64,000 nt of DNA from NCBI GenBank assembly GCA_037440185.1, contig JBBIUP010000001.1:17729-81728 (forward strand), written 5' to 3'. A model generated the notes under the pieces. It made no database searches, had not been told where the DNA came from, and saw nothing but the letters and a program-made list of their open reading frames with translations. Both the position numbers and the translations under genes were made by a program. The stretch is from Meiothermus sp. (GTDB lineage: Bacteria; Deinococcota; Deinococci; Deinococcales; Thermaceae). Position 1 is the first letter of the stretch. The number at the start of each line of letters is the position of its first letter. Of the stretch, positions 19,710-31,619 are shown in pieces.

Positions 19710-20978
19710 TCAATCTCCTGCTCCCATACGGGTCACAGCGCTGGGTTTGGGTCGAGCGTTCAGGATCACGTACACCGAGAAAGCAATCAAGCTCAGCAGC
19801 GATAACCAGCCCAGGACTGCAGTGGGTAGCTTGAAAGCCACCACAAAGGCTGCCACCATGAACCAAACCAGCGCAAACGGGAACAAGCGCCCCCAGCTAA
19901 AGACCATCAGCTGGTCGTAGCGCAGGCGGAAGAGCGTACCGCGCACCCAGATAAAGAAGAACAAAAACAGCGCGATCTTGGCAAACATCCACACATACGG
20001 CAGCGCAAATAGGGGGCCGAGAATGGGAATTTGCTCCATGAAACCGGGCATCCGCCAGCCTCCCAGGAAGATAGTGGGAATCAGGGCCGCAGCAGTGATG
20101 AGGTGAATATACTCGGCCATCTGGAACAAGGCCCACTTGATCGAGCTATATTCGGTGTTATAACCCCCCACCAATTCCTGTTCGGCCTCAGGAAGGTCAA
20201 AGGGCGTGCGGGCTGCTTCGGCCATGCTGGTCAGGAGGAAGATAGCAAAAGCCGGGAGCATGTACAGAATCAGCCAGCCATTTTCGTACTGCCAGTTCAC
20301 AATGTGCTGGAGGTTCAGCGACCCCACCAGCACCACCGGCGCAACCAGGCTGATGCCCAGGGCCAACTCATAGGAAATTAGGGAGGCCGAGGACCGCAGT
20401 GAGCCTAGAAGCGAATACTTTGAGTTGGATGCCCAGCCCGCCAGGAAGATGCCATAGATAGCCATCTCTGAAACCGCAAACACATACAAGATGCCCACGT
20501 CCAGGTTAATCACCCAGGGGTCGTAGCCAAAGAAAGCATCCTTGGGGCCAAAGGGAATCAGGCCAAAGGTAAGCAGGGCAAAGGTGACCGAAATCATGGG
20601 AGCCATGACAAAAATCACCTTGTCCGCTTTGGTTACGACCAGGTCTTCCTTGAAGATGGACTTGATGGCGTCGGCCAGGGGCTGGAACAGGCCATCGGGC
20701 CCCACCCGGTTGGGTCCCTGACGAATCTGGATACGGGCCAGCAAACGGCGCTCAATCAAGGTCATGTACGCAAATGCGGTCAGCAGACCTAGAACCACCA
20801 GGAACGCCTTGATGCCTACCATCCATAGGGGGTCAGTGGCATTGGCATCTGCGGGAACCGTTTGTGCTGCCATAGCAGTACCGACCGCCAAAGCCGCACT
20901 ACCAGAAACCAGCTTTTGAACTGATAACCTGAGTCGCTTTGGGCCTTCGACTTTGGGCTTTGGGCATTCGGCCTTCAT
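19710..20978 (-). CDS. nuoH: NADH-quinone oxidoreductase subunit H (start uncertain; possible N-terminal extension)
   Basis: [43 protein letters not shown]. Confidence 0.93.
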   Translation of the reverse strand: MKAECPKPKVEGPKRLRLSVQKLVSGSAALAVGTAMAAQTVPADANATDPLWMVGIKAFLVVLGLLTAFAYMTLIERRLLARIQIRQGPNRVGPDGLFQPLADAIKSIFKEDLVVTKADKVIFVMAPMISVTFALLTFGLIPFGPKDAFFGYDPWVINLDVGILYVFAVSEMAIYGIFLAGWASNSKYSLLGSLRSSASLISYELALGISLVAPVVLVGSLNLQHIVNWQYENGWLILYMLPAFAIFLLTSMAEAARTPFDLPEAEQELVGGYNTEYSSIKWALFQMAEYIHLITAAALIPTIFLGGWRMPGFMEQIPILGPLFALPYVWMFAKIALFLFFFIWVRGTLFRLRYDQLMVFSWGRLFPFALVWFMVAAFVVAFKLPTAVLGWLSLLSLIAFSVYVILNARPKPSAVTRMGAGD

Positions 20979-23383
20979 GCTTCACCTCCCACCAATACCC
21001 TGGCCTCTACCTTGCGACCTGCCCAGGCTCCCAGCGCAGGCAAATACATCGCGCCATCGGGAAGACCGGGCACCACCTTGACCTCGAGTTTCTCTACGCC
21101 CGTCGGCGTTTCCAGCTCGATCAAGTAGCCATCCGCTAGACCATGGATCTTGGCGGTCTCGAGGCTCATTTCCAGCTTCACCTCCACCACCTTGGCTACT
21201 GCACCTACCAACTGCTCCCGTCGCCACATGGTTGGACGTAGGTACAGCAGCCCCTGGGTCACATTCGACTCGGAGGCAGCCCACCCGGTCGTCTTGGGCA
21301 TCCAGCGCTGCATCACGGACGGGAGTTTGTGTTTCTCGAGAAGCAGCCTGGTAGCTTGACGAACCAGACGAACGGGGGTCTTTACCCCAGTAGCCTCCGC
21401 AATCAAGCCCAGTGCCGCTACTGCACCATCTGCCTGGCCGTTGTTGAGGCCAGTAGGCTCTAATGGCAGCACCCGGCCTTCCAGGTTTACAGTGTGACCC
21501 CGCTTTTCATAGGTGGTCTGGTTTGGCAACACCACATCGGCATACTTCTCGACCAGAGCGTGCTGGTGGGTCAGATGCAGGATACGGAACGAAGCAGCTT
21601 TGAGCTGGGTCTCGGTGGGCAGGAAAGCATAATAGACTGCCCTGGCCGCTTGGTGCACGGAGCGTACTCCGTCCCGAAGGGGGTCGTCCCCGGTTTCCGT
21701 CCAGCCTGCCCCACCCTTACCTGGGAACAGGCCCAGCGCTTCCAGGCCCCTGGCATTGGCGGCCGGGGTCATGCACATCACCTTGGCATTGGTTCGCTCG
21801 GCCAACTGGCGGGCTTTCATGGCCGCATCGGAATGGTTGAGTACCCCAGCCCCCAGCACCAGAACAATCTTTTGGCTGGCCGCCAGTTTGCTCTTGACCC
21901 AGGCCACCTGCTCGCCCAATCCAGCAGGGGCTTCTATCTGATCCAGCAATGCCGAGAGCAAGGCAGCCTCGGCCCCTGGGGCATGCACCGCTCTGGCCCC
22001 AGCCCATTTGGCGGTGTTGGCCGGATATGCGCTGAAGAGGGCCAGTTTGTCGGTCAGGCGCGGCATCCGCTCCTTGATGCTGAGGTCTGCAAAGGGGGTG
22101 CCATGGTTCAACTTGGGTAATGGCTTGAGACCACGGCTAAACTCCGAGAGACGGAGGTGTAGGGTGGGCGCTTCTTCGGCGGGCTCACCCAAGACCAGCA
22201 CAAATTGCGCGTCCAACAGCTCATCAAAGCTAGCCGGAGCAAAAACCGTGGTGGGATAGGCGGTACGCCCCTGGAAGTCACGGTGGCTGCTGCCCAAAGC
22301 GCTCACCAGCTCTACCGCTGCCAACCCCTCTTCCAAAGAACTATTACCTCCCAGGTAGATGCCAATGTCGGTCTTGGCAATACCATCTAGACCGCTCCGG
22401 ATGGCAGTTAGGGCTTCTTCCCAGGTGGCCTCTACTAGCTTTCCGTCTTTGCGTACCAGCGGTGAACGCACCCGGTTCTCATTCACCCATTCGTGACCAA
22501 AGCGGGCTGCGTCCGAGATCCAGACCTCGTTCACCTCACGGCGCTCCGCACCACGGATACGCTCGAGCAGCCCGCTGCGGGTATCTACTGCAATGGCGGC
22601 CCCACTGGCATCGTCCATCGAGGTGGTCTCGGTGGAGTCATACTCCCAGTTGCGTGCGCGAAAACGTGCGGTCTGGTCGAGCAAAGCACCTACTGGGCAG
22701 ATGTCTACGATATTACCAGTGAAATTGGAGGGCAGGCCGTCGTCTTCGCTGTTGATGAAGGTGTGCACCCCTCTCTCGATGAAGTCGAGCACCTCATCCC
22801 CTGGAATCTCTTCGAAATACCGCACGCAGCGCTTGCAGTGAATGCAACGCTCCCGGTCGAGAACAATGAACTCCGAGAGCGAGTGGTGCTTGTCCACATG
22901 CCGCCGGGTCATTTCGAAGCGGGTATACATGGGCAGTTCCATCGGGTCGGGCTGATAGAACTTTTCCACCAATCCATACTCGTAACTGCGGTCTTGCAGC
23001 TCGCAGGCTCCGCCCTTGTCGCAGGTGGGGCAGTCGAGCGGATGATTGAAGAGCGTGAGTTCAACCATTCCCGACTGGGCGTGTTTTACCTCGTCGGAAA
23101 GGGTATCAATGCTCATCCCATCGCTGATGGACGTTACACAGGCAGCCGCCAATTTGGGCATCCAAAAAATCTTAGGCTGCCCATTTTCCAATATGAAATT
23201 GCCATCCGGCCCCTTACGAGGGCTCCCGGTTTTGACCAAACACATCCGGCAGGCCCCCACTGGCGAGAGGTGTTTCTCGGCACAGAACAGCGGCACGTCG
23301 TAGCCAGCATGGAAGATCGCATCCATCACCGAGGTACCGCCCGGAACTTCGACGGTTCTATCGTTTATGGTTACTTTGGCCAT
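20975..23383 (-). CDS. nuoG: NADH-quinone oxidoreductase subunit G
   Basis: [41 protein letters not shown]. Confidence 0.96.
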   Translation of the reverse strand: MAKVTINDRTVEVPGGTSVMDAIFHAGYDVPLFCAEKHLSPVGACRMCLVKTGSPRKGPDGNFILENGQPKIFWMPKLAAACVTSISDGMSIDTLSDEVKHAQSGMVELTLFNHPLDCPTCDKGGACELQDRSYEYGLVEKFYQPDPMELPMYTRFEMTRRHVDKHHSLSEFIVLDRERCIHCKRCVRYFEEIPGDEVLDFIERGVHTFINSEDDGLPSNFTGNIVDICPVGALLDQTARFRARNWEYDSTETTSMDDASGAAIAVDTRSGLLERIRGAERREVNEVWISDAARFGHEWVNENRVRSPLVRKDGKLVEATWEEALTAIRSGLDGIAKTDIGIYLGGNSSLEEGLAAVELVSALGSSHRDFQGRTAYPTTVFAPASFDELLDAQFVLVLGEPAEEAPTLHLRLSEFSRGLKPLPKLNHGTPFADLSIKERMPRLTDKLALFSAYPANTAKWAGARAVHAPGAEAALLSALLDQIEAPAGLGEQVAWVKSKLAASQKIVLVLGAGVLNHSDAAMKARQLAERTNAKVMCMTPAANARGLEALGLFPGKGGAGWTETGDDPLRDGVRSVHQAARAVYYAFLPTETQLKAASFRILHLTHQHALVEKYADVVLPNQTTYEKRGHTVNLEGRVLPLEPTGLNNGQADGAVAALGLIAEATGVKTPVRLVRQATRLLLEKHKLPSVMQRWMPKTTGWAASESNVTQGLLYLRPTMWRREQLVGAVAKVVEVKLEMSLETAKIHGLADGYLIELETPTGVEKLEVKVVPGLPDGAMYLPALGAWAGRKVEARVLVGGEA
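21652..21691. repeat. Palindromic dispersed repeat inserted in-frame in nuoG
   Basis: GGTGCACGGAGCGTACTCCGTCCCGAAGGGGGTCGTCCCC; sibling copy at 45876-45918. Confidence 0.75.
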
Positions 23384-23391
23384 TCCCCACA

Positions 23392-24711
23392 TCACCCCCA
23401 ACGACTTCCCATGCGCTCGACGGGCTTGCCCTTCTCCACCACATCCACAAATTGGTTGCGGAAGTGCTTGAGGCTGCCGCGCACCGGCCAGCAGGCCGCA
23501 TCGGCTAGGGCGCAGAAGCTACGGCCTTCAATCTGATCGAGCATATTTTCCAGCAGCTCCACGTCCCCCTTCTGACCCTGCCCGGTGCCCATCTTCTCAA
23601 ACAGGCTGACCATCCACCCCGAAACCCCCTCGCGGCAGGGGGTGCACTTACCACACGATTCGTGACCATAGAAGCGGGTAACGTTCCACATCGCGTCTAC
23701 CATGCTCATGCTGGTCGGGATGCCGATCACCCCACCTGTACCCAGCAGCGAGCCCTTGGCACTGATGGATTCGTAGTCCATAGGGGTATCGAGAATTTCG
23801 TCGTTCCAGGGCAGCGGTGGGCAGGACGAGCCTCCAGGGATGAGGGCCTGGATTGGCTCGGTGGGGCCACCCGCATAGTCGAAAAGTAGCTCGCGGAAGG
23901 TAGTGCCCAACGGCAGCTCATACACCCCCGGTCGCTTGAAAGGGCCAGAAACTTGAAAGAGTTTGTGGCCCTTGGATTTTTCAGTGCCCATGCTGGCAAA
24001 CCAGTCGGCCCCACGCTGGACGATGTGTACCGCCGAGCACAACGATTCGACGTTATTTATGGTGGTAGGCATTCCCCACAGGCCGGCCTGGGCCGGGAAG
24101 GGGGGTTTCATGCGGGGGTTGGCCCGCAACCCTTCCAGTGAGTTCATCAATGCAGTCTCTTCACCGCAGATATAAGCCCCAGCCCCACGATGCACATAGA
24201 GATCGAAACTGAAGCCGGTACCCATCACATCTTGACCCAGATAGCCCTGGCTATAGGCTTCCTGGATGGCCGCGGCCAGGCGGTCGTAGGCCCGCCGGTA
24301 TTCGCCGCGTACATAGATATAGCCTTTATTGGCCTGAATTCCTACCCCAGCGATCATCATGCCCTCGATAAGCTGGTGGGGATCGTCTTCCATCAGGTAA
24401 CGGTCTTTGAAGGAACCCGGTTCCGATTCGTCGGCGTTACAGACGATATAATGCTGCTTGCCGGTGTTTTTGGGCATGAAGCTCCACTTCATGCCGGTAG
24501 GGAAGCCGGCCCCGCCCCGCCCCCGCAAACCAGACTTCTTTACTTCGTCAATCACCCAGTCCTGGCCCTGCTGGATGGCCTTGCGGAGGGCCTGATAACC
24601 GCCGTTGGCCAGGTAATACCCAAGGGTCCAGGAACCCGGCTGTCCCACATGCTTGTAGAGGGTGGCTTCAAAGCGGGGGTCTTTGCCGCTGACAATCGGC
24701 CCACTGCTCAC
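23392..24711 (-). CDS. nuoF: NADH-quinone oxidoreductase subunit F
   Basis: [41 protein letters not shown]. Confidence 0.97.
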   Translation of the reverse strand: MSSGPIVSGKDPRFEATLYKHVGQPGSWTLGYYLANGGYQALRKAIQQGQDWVIDEVKKSGLRGRGGAGFPTGMKWSFMPKNTGKQHYIVCNADESEPGSFKDRYLMEDDPHQLIEGMMIAGVGIQANKGYIYVRGEYRRAYDRLAAAIQEAYSQGYLGQDVMGTGFSFDLYVHRGAGAYICGEETALMNSLEGLRANPRMKPPFPAQAGLWGMPTTINNVESLCSAVHIVQRGADWFASMGTEKSKGHKLFQVSGPFKRPGVYELPLGTTFRELLFDYAGGPTEPIQALIPGGSSCPPLPWNDEILDTPMDYESISAKGSLLGTGGVIGIPTSMSMVDAMWNVTRFYGHESCGKCTPCREGVSGWMVSLFEKMGTGQGQKGDVELLENMLDQIEGRSFCALADAACWPVRGSLKHFRNQFVDVVEKGKPVERMGSRWG

Positions 24712-25271
24712 GCTCCCACCTCGTCTCCACGGTTATGTACGACGTGCCCAACCTTGCCAGGTAGCACAATCTCCTCGAGTCTTTTTCCCTGCCTTAGACC
24801 CTGCAAAAGTGCATGCAGCCGCGCCTTGGTCACACATTCCAGATAGGGCTCGTCGTTGACCTGCACCACCGGCGCAGTGTGGCACGAACCCAAGCACTCA
24901 ACTTTCTGGATGCTAAACAAGCCGTCGTCGCTCACATCACCGCGCAGGATTTGCAATTCGTTGACCAGCTCGTCCCACAACTCGTCGCCCCCCCCGATAG
25001 CGCAGCTCAGAGTAGCGCAGACCTGAAGGTGGTATTGGCCAGTGGGTAGAGCTTGGTAGTAGCTATAAAAGCTCATTACCCCAGCCACCTCAGTGGTGGT
25101 GGTTTCCAGAATCTGAGCAATCTCCTCTTGGCGCTCCGGCGAGATCCAGCCCTCCTCCTGTTGCACCCGCCGCAGCATCGGCATGAGGGCCGAACGCCGT
25201 CCCTCCGGGGTAGCGGGGTATTGGGCAAATACCTCACCCAGCCATGCCTGTTTATCGTCAAAGAATCCCAT
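24708..25271 (-). CDS. nuoE: NADH-quinone oxidoreductase subunit E
   Basis: VCATLSC, ECLGSC 2Fe-2S motifs. Confidence 0.95.
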   Translation of the reverse strand: MGFFDDKQAWLGEVFAQYPATPEGRRSALMPMLRRVQQEEGWISPERQEEIAQILETTTTEVAGVMSFYSYYQALPTGQYHLQVCATLSCAIGGGDELWDELVNELQILRGDVSDDGLFSIQKVECLGSCHTAPVVQVNDEPYLECVTKARLHALLQGLRQGKRLEEIVLPGKVGHVVHNRGDEVGA

Positions 25272-25355
25272 ATTCCTCCGTCCAGGATCGAGTATCGAAC
25301 GTCGAGCGCAACCAGATGATCCTTGGCTCGAGGCCCACTACACAGAGCGCAAAGC

Positions 25356-26603
25356 TCATCTGTCTACATCCCCCATCACAGGGTCAAGCGACGCAATCAC
25401 CGCCACCATATCGGCCATCTGCACACCCTTGCAAGCATAGGGTAGGCTTTGCAAATTGACGAAGCTGGGAGCCCGAACCTTGACCCGGTAGGGCATGGAA
25501 CCCCCATCGGAAATGATGTAATAGCCAAGTTCGCCCCTGGCACTCTCGGTAGGTACATAGACCTCGCCGGGAGCCGGGTGGAAACCCTCGGTTACCAGCT
25601 TGAAATGGTAGATCACAGCCTCCATCGAGGTTTCCAGTAACTCCCGGGGAGGCAATGAAACCTGCGGGTTGGGGTCGCGTATGGAACCAGGGCCGATGGC
25701 TTCGATGCGCTCAATGGCCTGCCTGATGATCTTGACCGACTCGCGCATCTCGAGAATGCGAATCACCATGCGGTCGTAGATATCCCCCCCGTAGAGCACC
25801 GGCACATCAAAGTGGTAGTCCTCGTATCCAGCATAGGGGTAGGCTTTGCGCACATCGTAGTTCACGCCAGATGCCCGCAAACTGCCTCCGGTAAGTGATA
25901 GGTTGATGGCGATATCGGCAGGAATCACCGAGACCCCCTTGGCCCGCTGGTAGAAGATGGGGCTTTCCTTGAACAAGGCCTCATATTCGTCCATGCGGGC
26001 TGGCATTTGCACAATTAACTTTTTGATTTCACTCAGGAACTCTGGCGGAAGGTCTTCCTTCAGCCCTCCAATGCGAATGTAGTTGTGATGAAAGCGCTGG
26101 CCCGAGACCCACTCGAACAGGTCGAGCACCGCCTCCCGTTCGCGGAAGGCATAGAAAAACGGCGTCAGCGCGCCAAAATCCAGCATTCCCGTTCCCAGAA
26201 ATACCAGGTGCGAGGCAATACGAGACAGCTCGTTGAGCATGATCCGGATGGCCTGTGCCCTGGGGGGAACTTGCGCGCCTATCAACTTCTCCACGCTCAG
26301 CGCATAGGCCAGGTCATGGCTAAAGCTGTGCAGATAGTCCATGCGTGGGGTATAGGTGATGCACTGCGTGTAGGTACGGTTCTCCATGTTTTTCTCAAAG
26401 CCGGTATGGAGATACCCGACGTGGGGGGTCAGGCGCAAAATCTGCTCCCCCGAGAGATCCACCACCACCCGCAACACCCCGTGGGTAGAGGGGTGTTGCG
26501 GTCCAACGTTGAGGGTCATAACCTCCGATTTAAGCTCTGGAGCATCGGCAATTTCATAGATCTCAACGGAGGGACTATGCACATCTTTGGGGTCTTTGGT
26601 CAT
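25356..26603 (-). CDS. nuoD: NADH-quinone oxidoreductase subunit D
   Basis: [27 protein letters not shown]. Confidence 0.97.
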   Translation of the reverse strand: MTKDPKDVHSPSVEIYEIADAPELKSEVMTLNVGPQHPSTHGVLRVVVDLSGEQILRLTPHVGYLHTGFEKNMENRTYTQCITYTPRMDYLHSFSHDLAYALSVEKLIGAQVPPRAQAIRIMLNELSRIASHLVFLGTGMLDFGALTPFFYAFREREAVLDLFEWVSGQRFHHNYIRIGGLKEDLPPEFLSEIKKLIVQMPARMDEYEALFKESPIFYQRAKGVSVIPADIAINLSLTGGSLRASGVNYDVRKAYPYAGYEDYHFDVPVLYGGDIYDRMVIRILEMRESVKIIRQAIERIEAIGPGSIRDPNPQVSLPPRELLETSMEAVIYHFKLVTEGFHPAPGEVYVPTESARGELGYYIISDGGSMPYRVKVRAPSFVNLQSLPYACKGVQMADMVAVIASLDPVMGDVDR

Positions 26604-27226
26604 CCGTTCCCCCCTTTGGCAACCTTTTGGATTTCGTCGTAGACATCCTGATAGCCTTTGCGCGACCCGCCACGCCAGCCGGTCATACCGCTTCTATCGC
26701 CAGAAAGACCGGCCCTAAAAGCATCGGGGTCAATAAACCGCCCCTCCTTAAACAGAGTAGGCGTCTCACCCAGAGGAAAGTCTTTGCGCAAAGGATGGCC
26801 TTCCAAATCTTCGGGAGTGAGGATTTTGCGCGGATCGGGATGGCCCTCAAAGCGGATCCCGACCAGATCATAGACCTCGCGCTCGAGGTAGTCGGCCCCC
26901 ATCCACAGGTCGGTCAGGCTGGGAATGCTGGGCTCGGCCTGGGGAATGAAAACCCGGATAAAAACCCGGCTTCCATCCCCACCTTTGTAACCTGGTAGCG
27001 AGACCAGCTCGTACACCACGCAAAATCGCTCGGGCTTTGGATTGGGGTAGGTTAGATAATCTATTCCCACCACATCGGCCAGGTAGTTCCAGCCCTGACC
27101 TTTGAGCGCTGCCATGAGGGATTTGAATTCGGCCCGTGGCACTACCACCCAGGTGTTGCCGTGGGCTTCCTCGACTTCCCAACCTTTGGCCCGGGCTTGG
27201 TCTTTTAGATGTGCCAGTTTTTGCAT
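26600..27226 (-). CDS. nuoC: NADH-quinone oxidoreductase subunit C
   Basis: [26 protein letters not shown]. Confidence 0.95.
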   Translation of the reverse strand: MQKLAHLKDQARAKGWEVEEAHGNTWVVVPRAEFKSLMAALKGQGWNYLADVVGIDYLTYPNPKPERFCVVYELVSLPGYKGGDGSRVFIRVFIPQAEPSIPSLTDLWMGADYLEREVYDLVGIRFEGHPDPRKILTPEDLEGHPLRKDFPLGETPTLFKEGRFIDPDAFRAGLSGDRSGMTGWRGGSRKGYQDVYDEIQKVAKGGNG

Positions 27227-27241
27227 ATCCACCTCGGAGAC

Positions 27242-27781
<540 letters not shown>

Positions 27782-27860
27782 GTATGTTTCCCTCCGGAAA
27801 CCGTCTAGGGCTGGGTGTCAGGGGTCGAGGGCAAAAGGTGCTTGACTCCGGACTTTCCCA

Positions 27861-28220
27861 TCAATGCCACTTCATCACGCCCTTGTACCACTCGTACAAG
27901 AAACCCACAAACAACAACACCGTAAACACCAGCAAGCCCCAGAAACCGACCACTCCCACCGTGCCTGCACTCACCGCGTAGGGCCACAGAAAGGCCACTT
28001 CCACGTCGAAGATGATGAAAAGCATCGCTACGGAATAGAAATGCACCGGGAAACGTTTGACCTCACCGGCGGGGTCGTTGCCCGACTCGTAGGGCATCAG
28101 TTTGAAACGTCCACCTTTTTTGGGGCCAAGAATCGCTCCCACAACAGTTGCCAGAACGGCAATGCCGACCGCAACTGCCAGGTATACCAGTAGAGCCTGA
28201 TACTCACTTATAGGTGACAT
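27861..28220 (-). CDS. nuoA: NADH-quinone oxidoreductase subunit A
   Basis: PYESGND, FIIFDVEVAFLWP. Confidence 0.96.
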   Translation of the reverse strand: MSPISEYQALLVYLAVAVGIAVLATVVGAILGPKKGGRFKLMPYESGNDPAGEVKRFPVHFYSVAMLFIIFDVEVAFLWPYAVSAGTVGVVGFWGLLVFTVLLFVGFLYEWYKGVMKWH

Positions 28221-28244
28221 GCGCCTCCTCTTGGGCGGTCGAGC

Positions 28245-28262
28245 TTGTGCCAGTCTTCACGA
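28245..28262. promoter_or_regulatory. Probable Rex operator upstream of nuoA
   Basis: TTGTGCC-AGTC-TTCACGA versus consensus TTGTGAA-N4-TTCACAA; lies in the nuo leader. Confidence 0.55.
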
Positions 28263-28305
28263 AGTTTCGCAAAACTTCACTGCCTCCCGCATTTCTATCG
28301 CCAAC

Positions 28306-28333
28306 ATCTTACACTTCTACCTTGACGACGCAA
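28306..28333 (-). promoter_or_regulatory. Candidate sigma-A promoter of the nuo operon
   Basis: TTGCGT-16 nt-TAAGAT on the minus strand. Confidence 0.45.
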
Positions 28334-28615
28334 CTATCGTTATAGGCAAATGTTATTTTGGAATGACTACCAACATTGTGAGGGCCTCCATACTGTCTCT
28401 GCAAGTTCCGGCCCAGAAGGCTCGCTCGGAATTATGTCAGGTTCGTCGCTGCAACTAAGCTTCCCACAAAATCAACCTGGCGCAACGCAGATGCCCTCCC
28501 CGTACCGATGCGGATTGTAGGCATTCATCTACCTCAAGGGCGAGACAAGAGGTACACAGCAGAAGCCAGCCCTGGCTCCACCATTCGACCCTCAACTCAT
28601 TCTGTATTTGCTGTT

Positions 28616-29755
28616 TCAGTAACGTTTGTCCACCAAAGGCGGCCCCTCGAGGGCCGGATCGGCCTGAATATCGTCAAGACGAATGCCGCTGGCTTGTTGC
28701 AGGGCCGAACCAAGCTGGGGCGGGACGGCTTCGGCCTTGATGCGCAGGGTTAGCTTGTCGGTTCCGCCCTCTTTGGTTTCCACCACCAGTTGTGCGCCGG
28801 TACGGGGGTCAATACCAAAAGCCATGAGCAGCGGGGCCAGTTCGGTGGGGTAAAGCTTGACCCCCTTGACCTTGACCATCAGATCGGTACGTCCAATCAC
28901 CCCCCTGGGAAGGTAGATTTGACCATCCTTCCGGGTCACCACTGCCAGGTCGCCGGTGCGAAAACGAACCATGGGCATTAGGGTTCGCGACAGCGCAGTG
29001 ACGACCATCTCCCCTTTTTCACCATCGGGAGTGGGTTGCAGGGTTTCGGGATCGAGTATTTCGATGATGGCCATTTCAGGTATTTCCATCAAACCGTTCT
29101 TTTCCCGGCTCTCCCCCGCCACAACCCCAAGCTCGGAGGTTCCATAGGCATCTGCCGCGACCCCTCCGATGGCTTGTTCCAGCTTTTCACGGTAGCCCGG
29201 AACCGAGGTAAAGGGCTCTCCACCCGCCATCAACAGCTCGAACCTGCCTCCGGCCTGGGCTATTTTCATAGCAAAGCTGGGATTGCAGACCAGAATCTCG
29301 AAGCCATACTGCTGTTGCAGTTGGGCGATTCGCTCGGCCTCGCCAGGGCCGTGCGGCAACACCATCGCGCCAGCCCGCTGAAGAGCCTCGTGAAACAGCC
29401 AGCCGCCTGCAAAAATGTGATAACCAAAGGCTACCAGGGCTTTTTTACCGCTCACTCCCAAACGGCGCATCTGAGAAGCCAGGGCCTCGGCCTGGTATTC
29501 CACATCTTCGGCAGACAGGTACTCGGGCATCCAGCCAATCGCCGGACTGGGGGTCAGGTGCATTAGGGCCGCCCCTTGCGGGGGCTGGGGATGGGCCTGG
29601 ATATACGCCAGCCATTCCTGGCGGGTGGTGAGGGGTAGGCTGGCAATGTTTTGTGGGGTGAGGCTCGAGGGATCTACTCCACTCAGTTTTTGTGCATAGA
29701 CTGGATGTTCTTTGGCAGCGGCAATCACGGTACGAAGGCGTTGGGCTCGATCCAT
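28616..29755 (-). CDS. Phenylacetate-CoA ligase (PaaK)-like adenylate-forming family protein
   Basis: GGEP, DAYGTSE, EILDPET, GEMVVT, RFRTGDL, GRTDLMVKVKGV. Confidence 0.8.
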   Translation of the reverse strand: MDRAQRLRTVIAAAKEHPVYAQKLSGVDPSSLTPQNIASLPLTTRQEWLAYIQAHPQPPQGAALMHLTPSPAIGWMPEYLSAEDVEYQAEALASQMRRLGVSGKKALVAFGYHIFAGGWLFHEALQRAGAMVLPHGPGEAERIAQLQQQYGFEILVCNPSFAMKIAQAGGRFELLMAGGEPFTSVPGYREKLEQAIGGVAADAYGTSELGVVAGESREKNGLMEIPEMAIIEILDPETLQPTPDGEKGEMVVTALSRTLMPMVRFRTGDLAVVTRKDGQIYLPRGVIGRTDLMVKVKGVKLYPTELAPLLMAFGIDPRTGAQLVVETKEGGTDKLTLRIKAEAVPPQLGSALQQASGIRLDDIQADPALEGPPLVDKRY

Positions 29756-29845
29756 AGCATGGCTCCTTCTTCATGTACGGGCCGATTATACGGCCTGCTG
29801 CCTGCTACGTGCTGCCTTCAGCTCCTCGACTCAACCTTGGGGGGT

Positions 29846-30178
29846 TTAGTCGAATAGGTCGAAGAGCCGGCCCAGCTTGCTTTTCTTCTTACCGTGGCGC
29901 TTGTAGTACTCGTCGTCGTCGGTGTCGTAGGGGTTGCGCTGATGGGTGGGTGGGGGGGTGTAACCCTGAGGCTGCGGCGGGGCGTACTGCTGGCGGCGGT
30001 AACCCTCGAGTTCAGCCTCGTATTCTTGTTCATACTGGCGCACCTGGCCCAATAGTTTTTCCATCTCACCGCCATCCAACCAGACTCCCCGGCACTTGGG
30101 GCAGACATCAATATGCACGCCGTTGCGCTGGATTTCATTCATTCCACTTTCACAGGTAGGACAAACCAGAAGGGGCAT
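29846..30178 (-). CDS. zf-TFIIB domain protein
   Basis: CPTC...IDVCPKCRGVWLDGGE, C-terminal KKKSKLGRLFDLFD; GGAGG RBS. Confidence 0.85.
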   Translation of the reverse strand: MPLLVCPTCESGMNEIQRNGVHIDVCPKCRGVWLDGGEMEKLLGQVRQYEQEYEAELEGYRRQQYAPPQPQGYTPPPTHQRNPYDTDDDEYYKRHGKKKSKLGRLFDLFD

Positions 30179-30305
30179 AGATTCCTCCGCCCTAAGGCTG
30201 ACAGAAAAGGAGCGGTGCAACAAGGACGGGGCTGCTATTCAAAAAGCGGGTTTTGCCCTACAGTGGTGAAGTAAAAATACCCGTCCAGCACTCACAAACC
30301 TCATA

Positions 30306-31472
30306 CTACAAAGCGCTCAGCGCTTGCTCTAAATCGCCCCTCAAGTCCTCGAGATTTTCAATGCCCACCGACAAGCGCAAAAAGCCATCGTGCAGTCCTA
30401 GATTTTCACGTTCGCCTGGTGACAAAAACCGGTGGGAACTGGTGGCCGGGTGCGAGAGCGTGGTGTTCACACCCCCCAACGAAAGGGCTAGCTTGATGTA
30501 GCCAAGGTTGTGTAAAAAGGTGTTGACTGGCTGGCGATAAGGCTCGAGCTCAAAAGAGAGCATCGCGGCAAAGCCATTGCGCAGCACCTGCTGCGCAGTG
30601 AGATGATCGGGATGGGAGGGCAAGCCAGGGTAGTGTACCTGGTGTACCTTGGGGTGTGCTTCGAGAAAACGCGCTAACTGGGCAGCATTGCTGGAAGCTC
30701 GTTGCATCCGCACTTCCAGGGTTTCGGCTCCGCGTACACTCAGCCAGCATTCGTGGGGATTGGACACCAGACCCATACGAACCGCCACCGAGCGAATGGG
30801 TTCGATCAGGTCATGCCGTCCTGCTACCGCACCCATCATCACATCGCTGTGTCCACTGATGAACTTGGTCAAGCTTTCCATCACAAGATCTGCGCCCTGC
30901 TGCAGGGGCCGACAGTGGTAGGGTGAAGCAAAAGTGTTGTCCACCAGCACCACCGCTCCGGCCTGGTGGGCCATCGCACAAAGCCTGGGTAGAGCCGGTA
31001 TCCGCAGGCGCGGGTTGGAGGAGGTCTCGAGCACCAGCATCTGAGCTCCCTGTAGCTCCGTCTGCGTTCGTTCAAAATCGTTTATTTCAACCGTTGCCAG
31101 CTCGACTCCGAAGCGCCCCAGATCACGCAAAACATTAAGCGTACTGCCATACAAGTCCTGCGAAGCTACCACCTTGCTTCCCCGACCCAGCAAACCCAAA
31201 AATGCTGCACTCAAAGCGCTCATCCCACTGGCACAAGCCACCGCAGCTTCGGTTTGGTGGAGCCTGGAAAAGAGTTTTTCCAACGCTTGGTGGTTGGGGG
31301 TACCGTTTCGACCATAGATAGCGCCGGGTTTGTCGCCGGAATAAACCGTATCTACTTCATCCAGATCGCTGAAAGTCCAGGAAGCCGACTGGTAGATAGG
31401 CAAGGATACTGGACGGTTGGTGGGTGTTTCGGCTGTGGCTCCGTGCACGACCAAAGTGGAAAGGGATTCCAT
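30306..31472 (-). CDS. PLP-dependent transsulfuration enzyme (cystathionine gamma-synthase/lyase family)
   Basis: YGRNGTP, ASGMSA, VDNTFASP, SLTKFISGHSD, SLGG, RLSVGIE. Confidence 0.9.
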   Translation of the reverse strand: MESLSTLVVHGATAETPTNRPVSLPIYQSASWTFSDLDEVDTVYSGDKPGAIYGRNGTPNHQALEKLFSRLHQTEAAVACASGMSALSAAFLGLLGRGSKVVASQDLYGSTLNVLRDLGRFGVELATVEINDFERTQTELQGAQMLVLETSSNPRLRIPALPRLCAMAHQAGAVVLVDNTFASPYHCRPLQQGADLVMESLTKFISGHSDVMMGAVAGRHDLIEPIRSVAVRMGLVSNPHECWLSVRGAETLEVRMQRASSNAAQLARFLEAHPKVHQVHYPGLPSHPDHLTAQQVLRNGFAAMLSFELEPYRQPVNTFLHNLGYIKLALSLGGVNTTLSHPATSSHRFLSPGERENLGLHDGFLRLSVGIENLEDLRGDLEQALSAL

Positions 31473-31582
31473 ACTCCACAGACTACTGGCTGGCCTGCCA
31501 CAATCAGCAAACCCATCCAAAGCTAGGGCATGGGCCCAGAGTGTGAATAAGCCTGCTCGAGTTAGGAGACAATCCCTCATTC

Positions 31583-31611
31583 TTGACAGTTTTGCTAAAT
31601 CGTTTTAGCAT
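31583..31611 (+). promoter_or_regulatory. Sigma-A promoter overlapped by a LacI-type operator
   Basis: TTGACA (31583) -17 nt- TAGCAT (31606); palindrome TGCTAAA-TCGT-TTTAGCA (31593-31610) with central CG; ATG 8 nt downstream (leaderless). Confidence 0.8.
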
Positions 31612-31619
31612 TATTCCAA

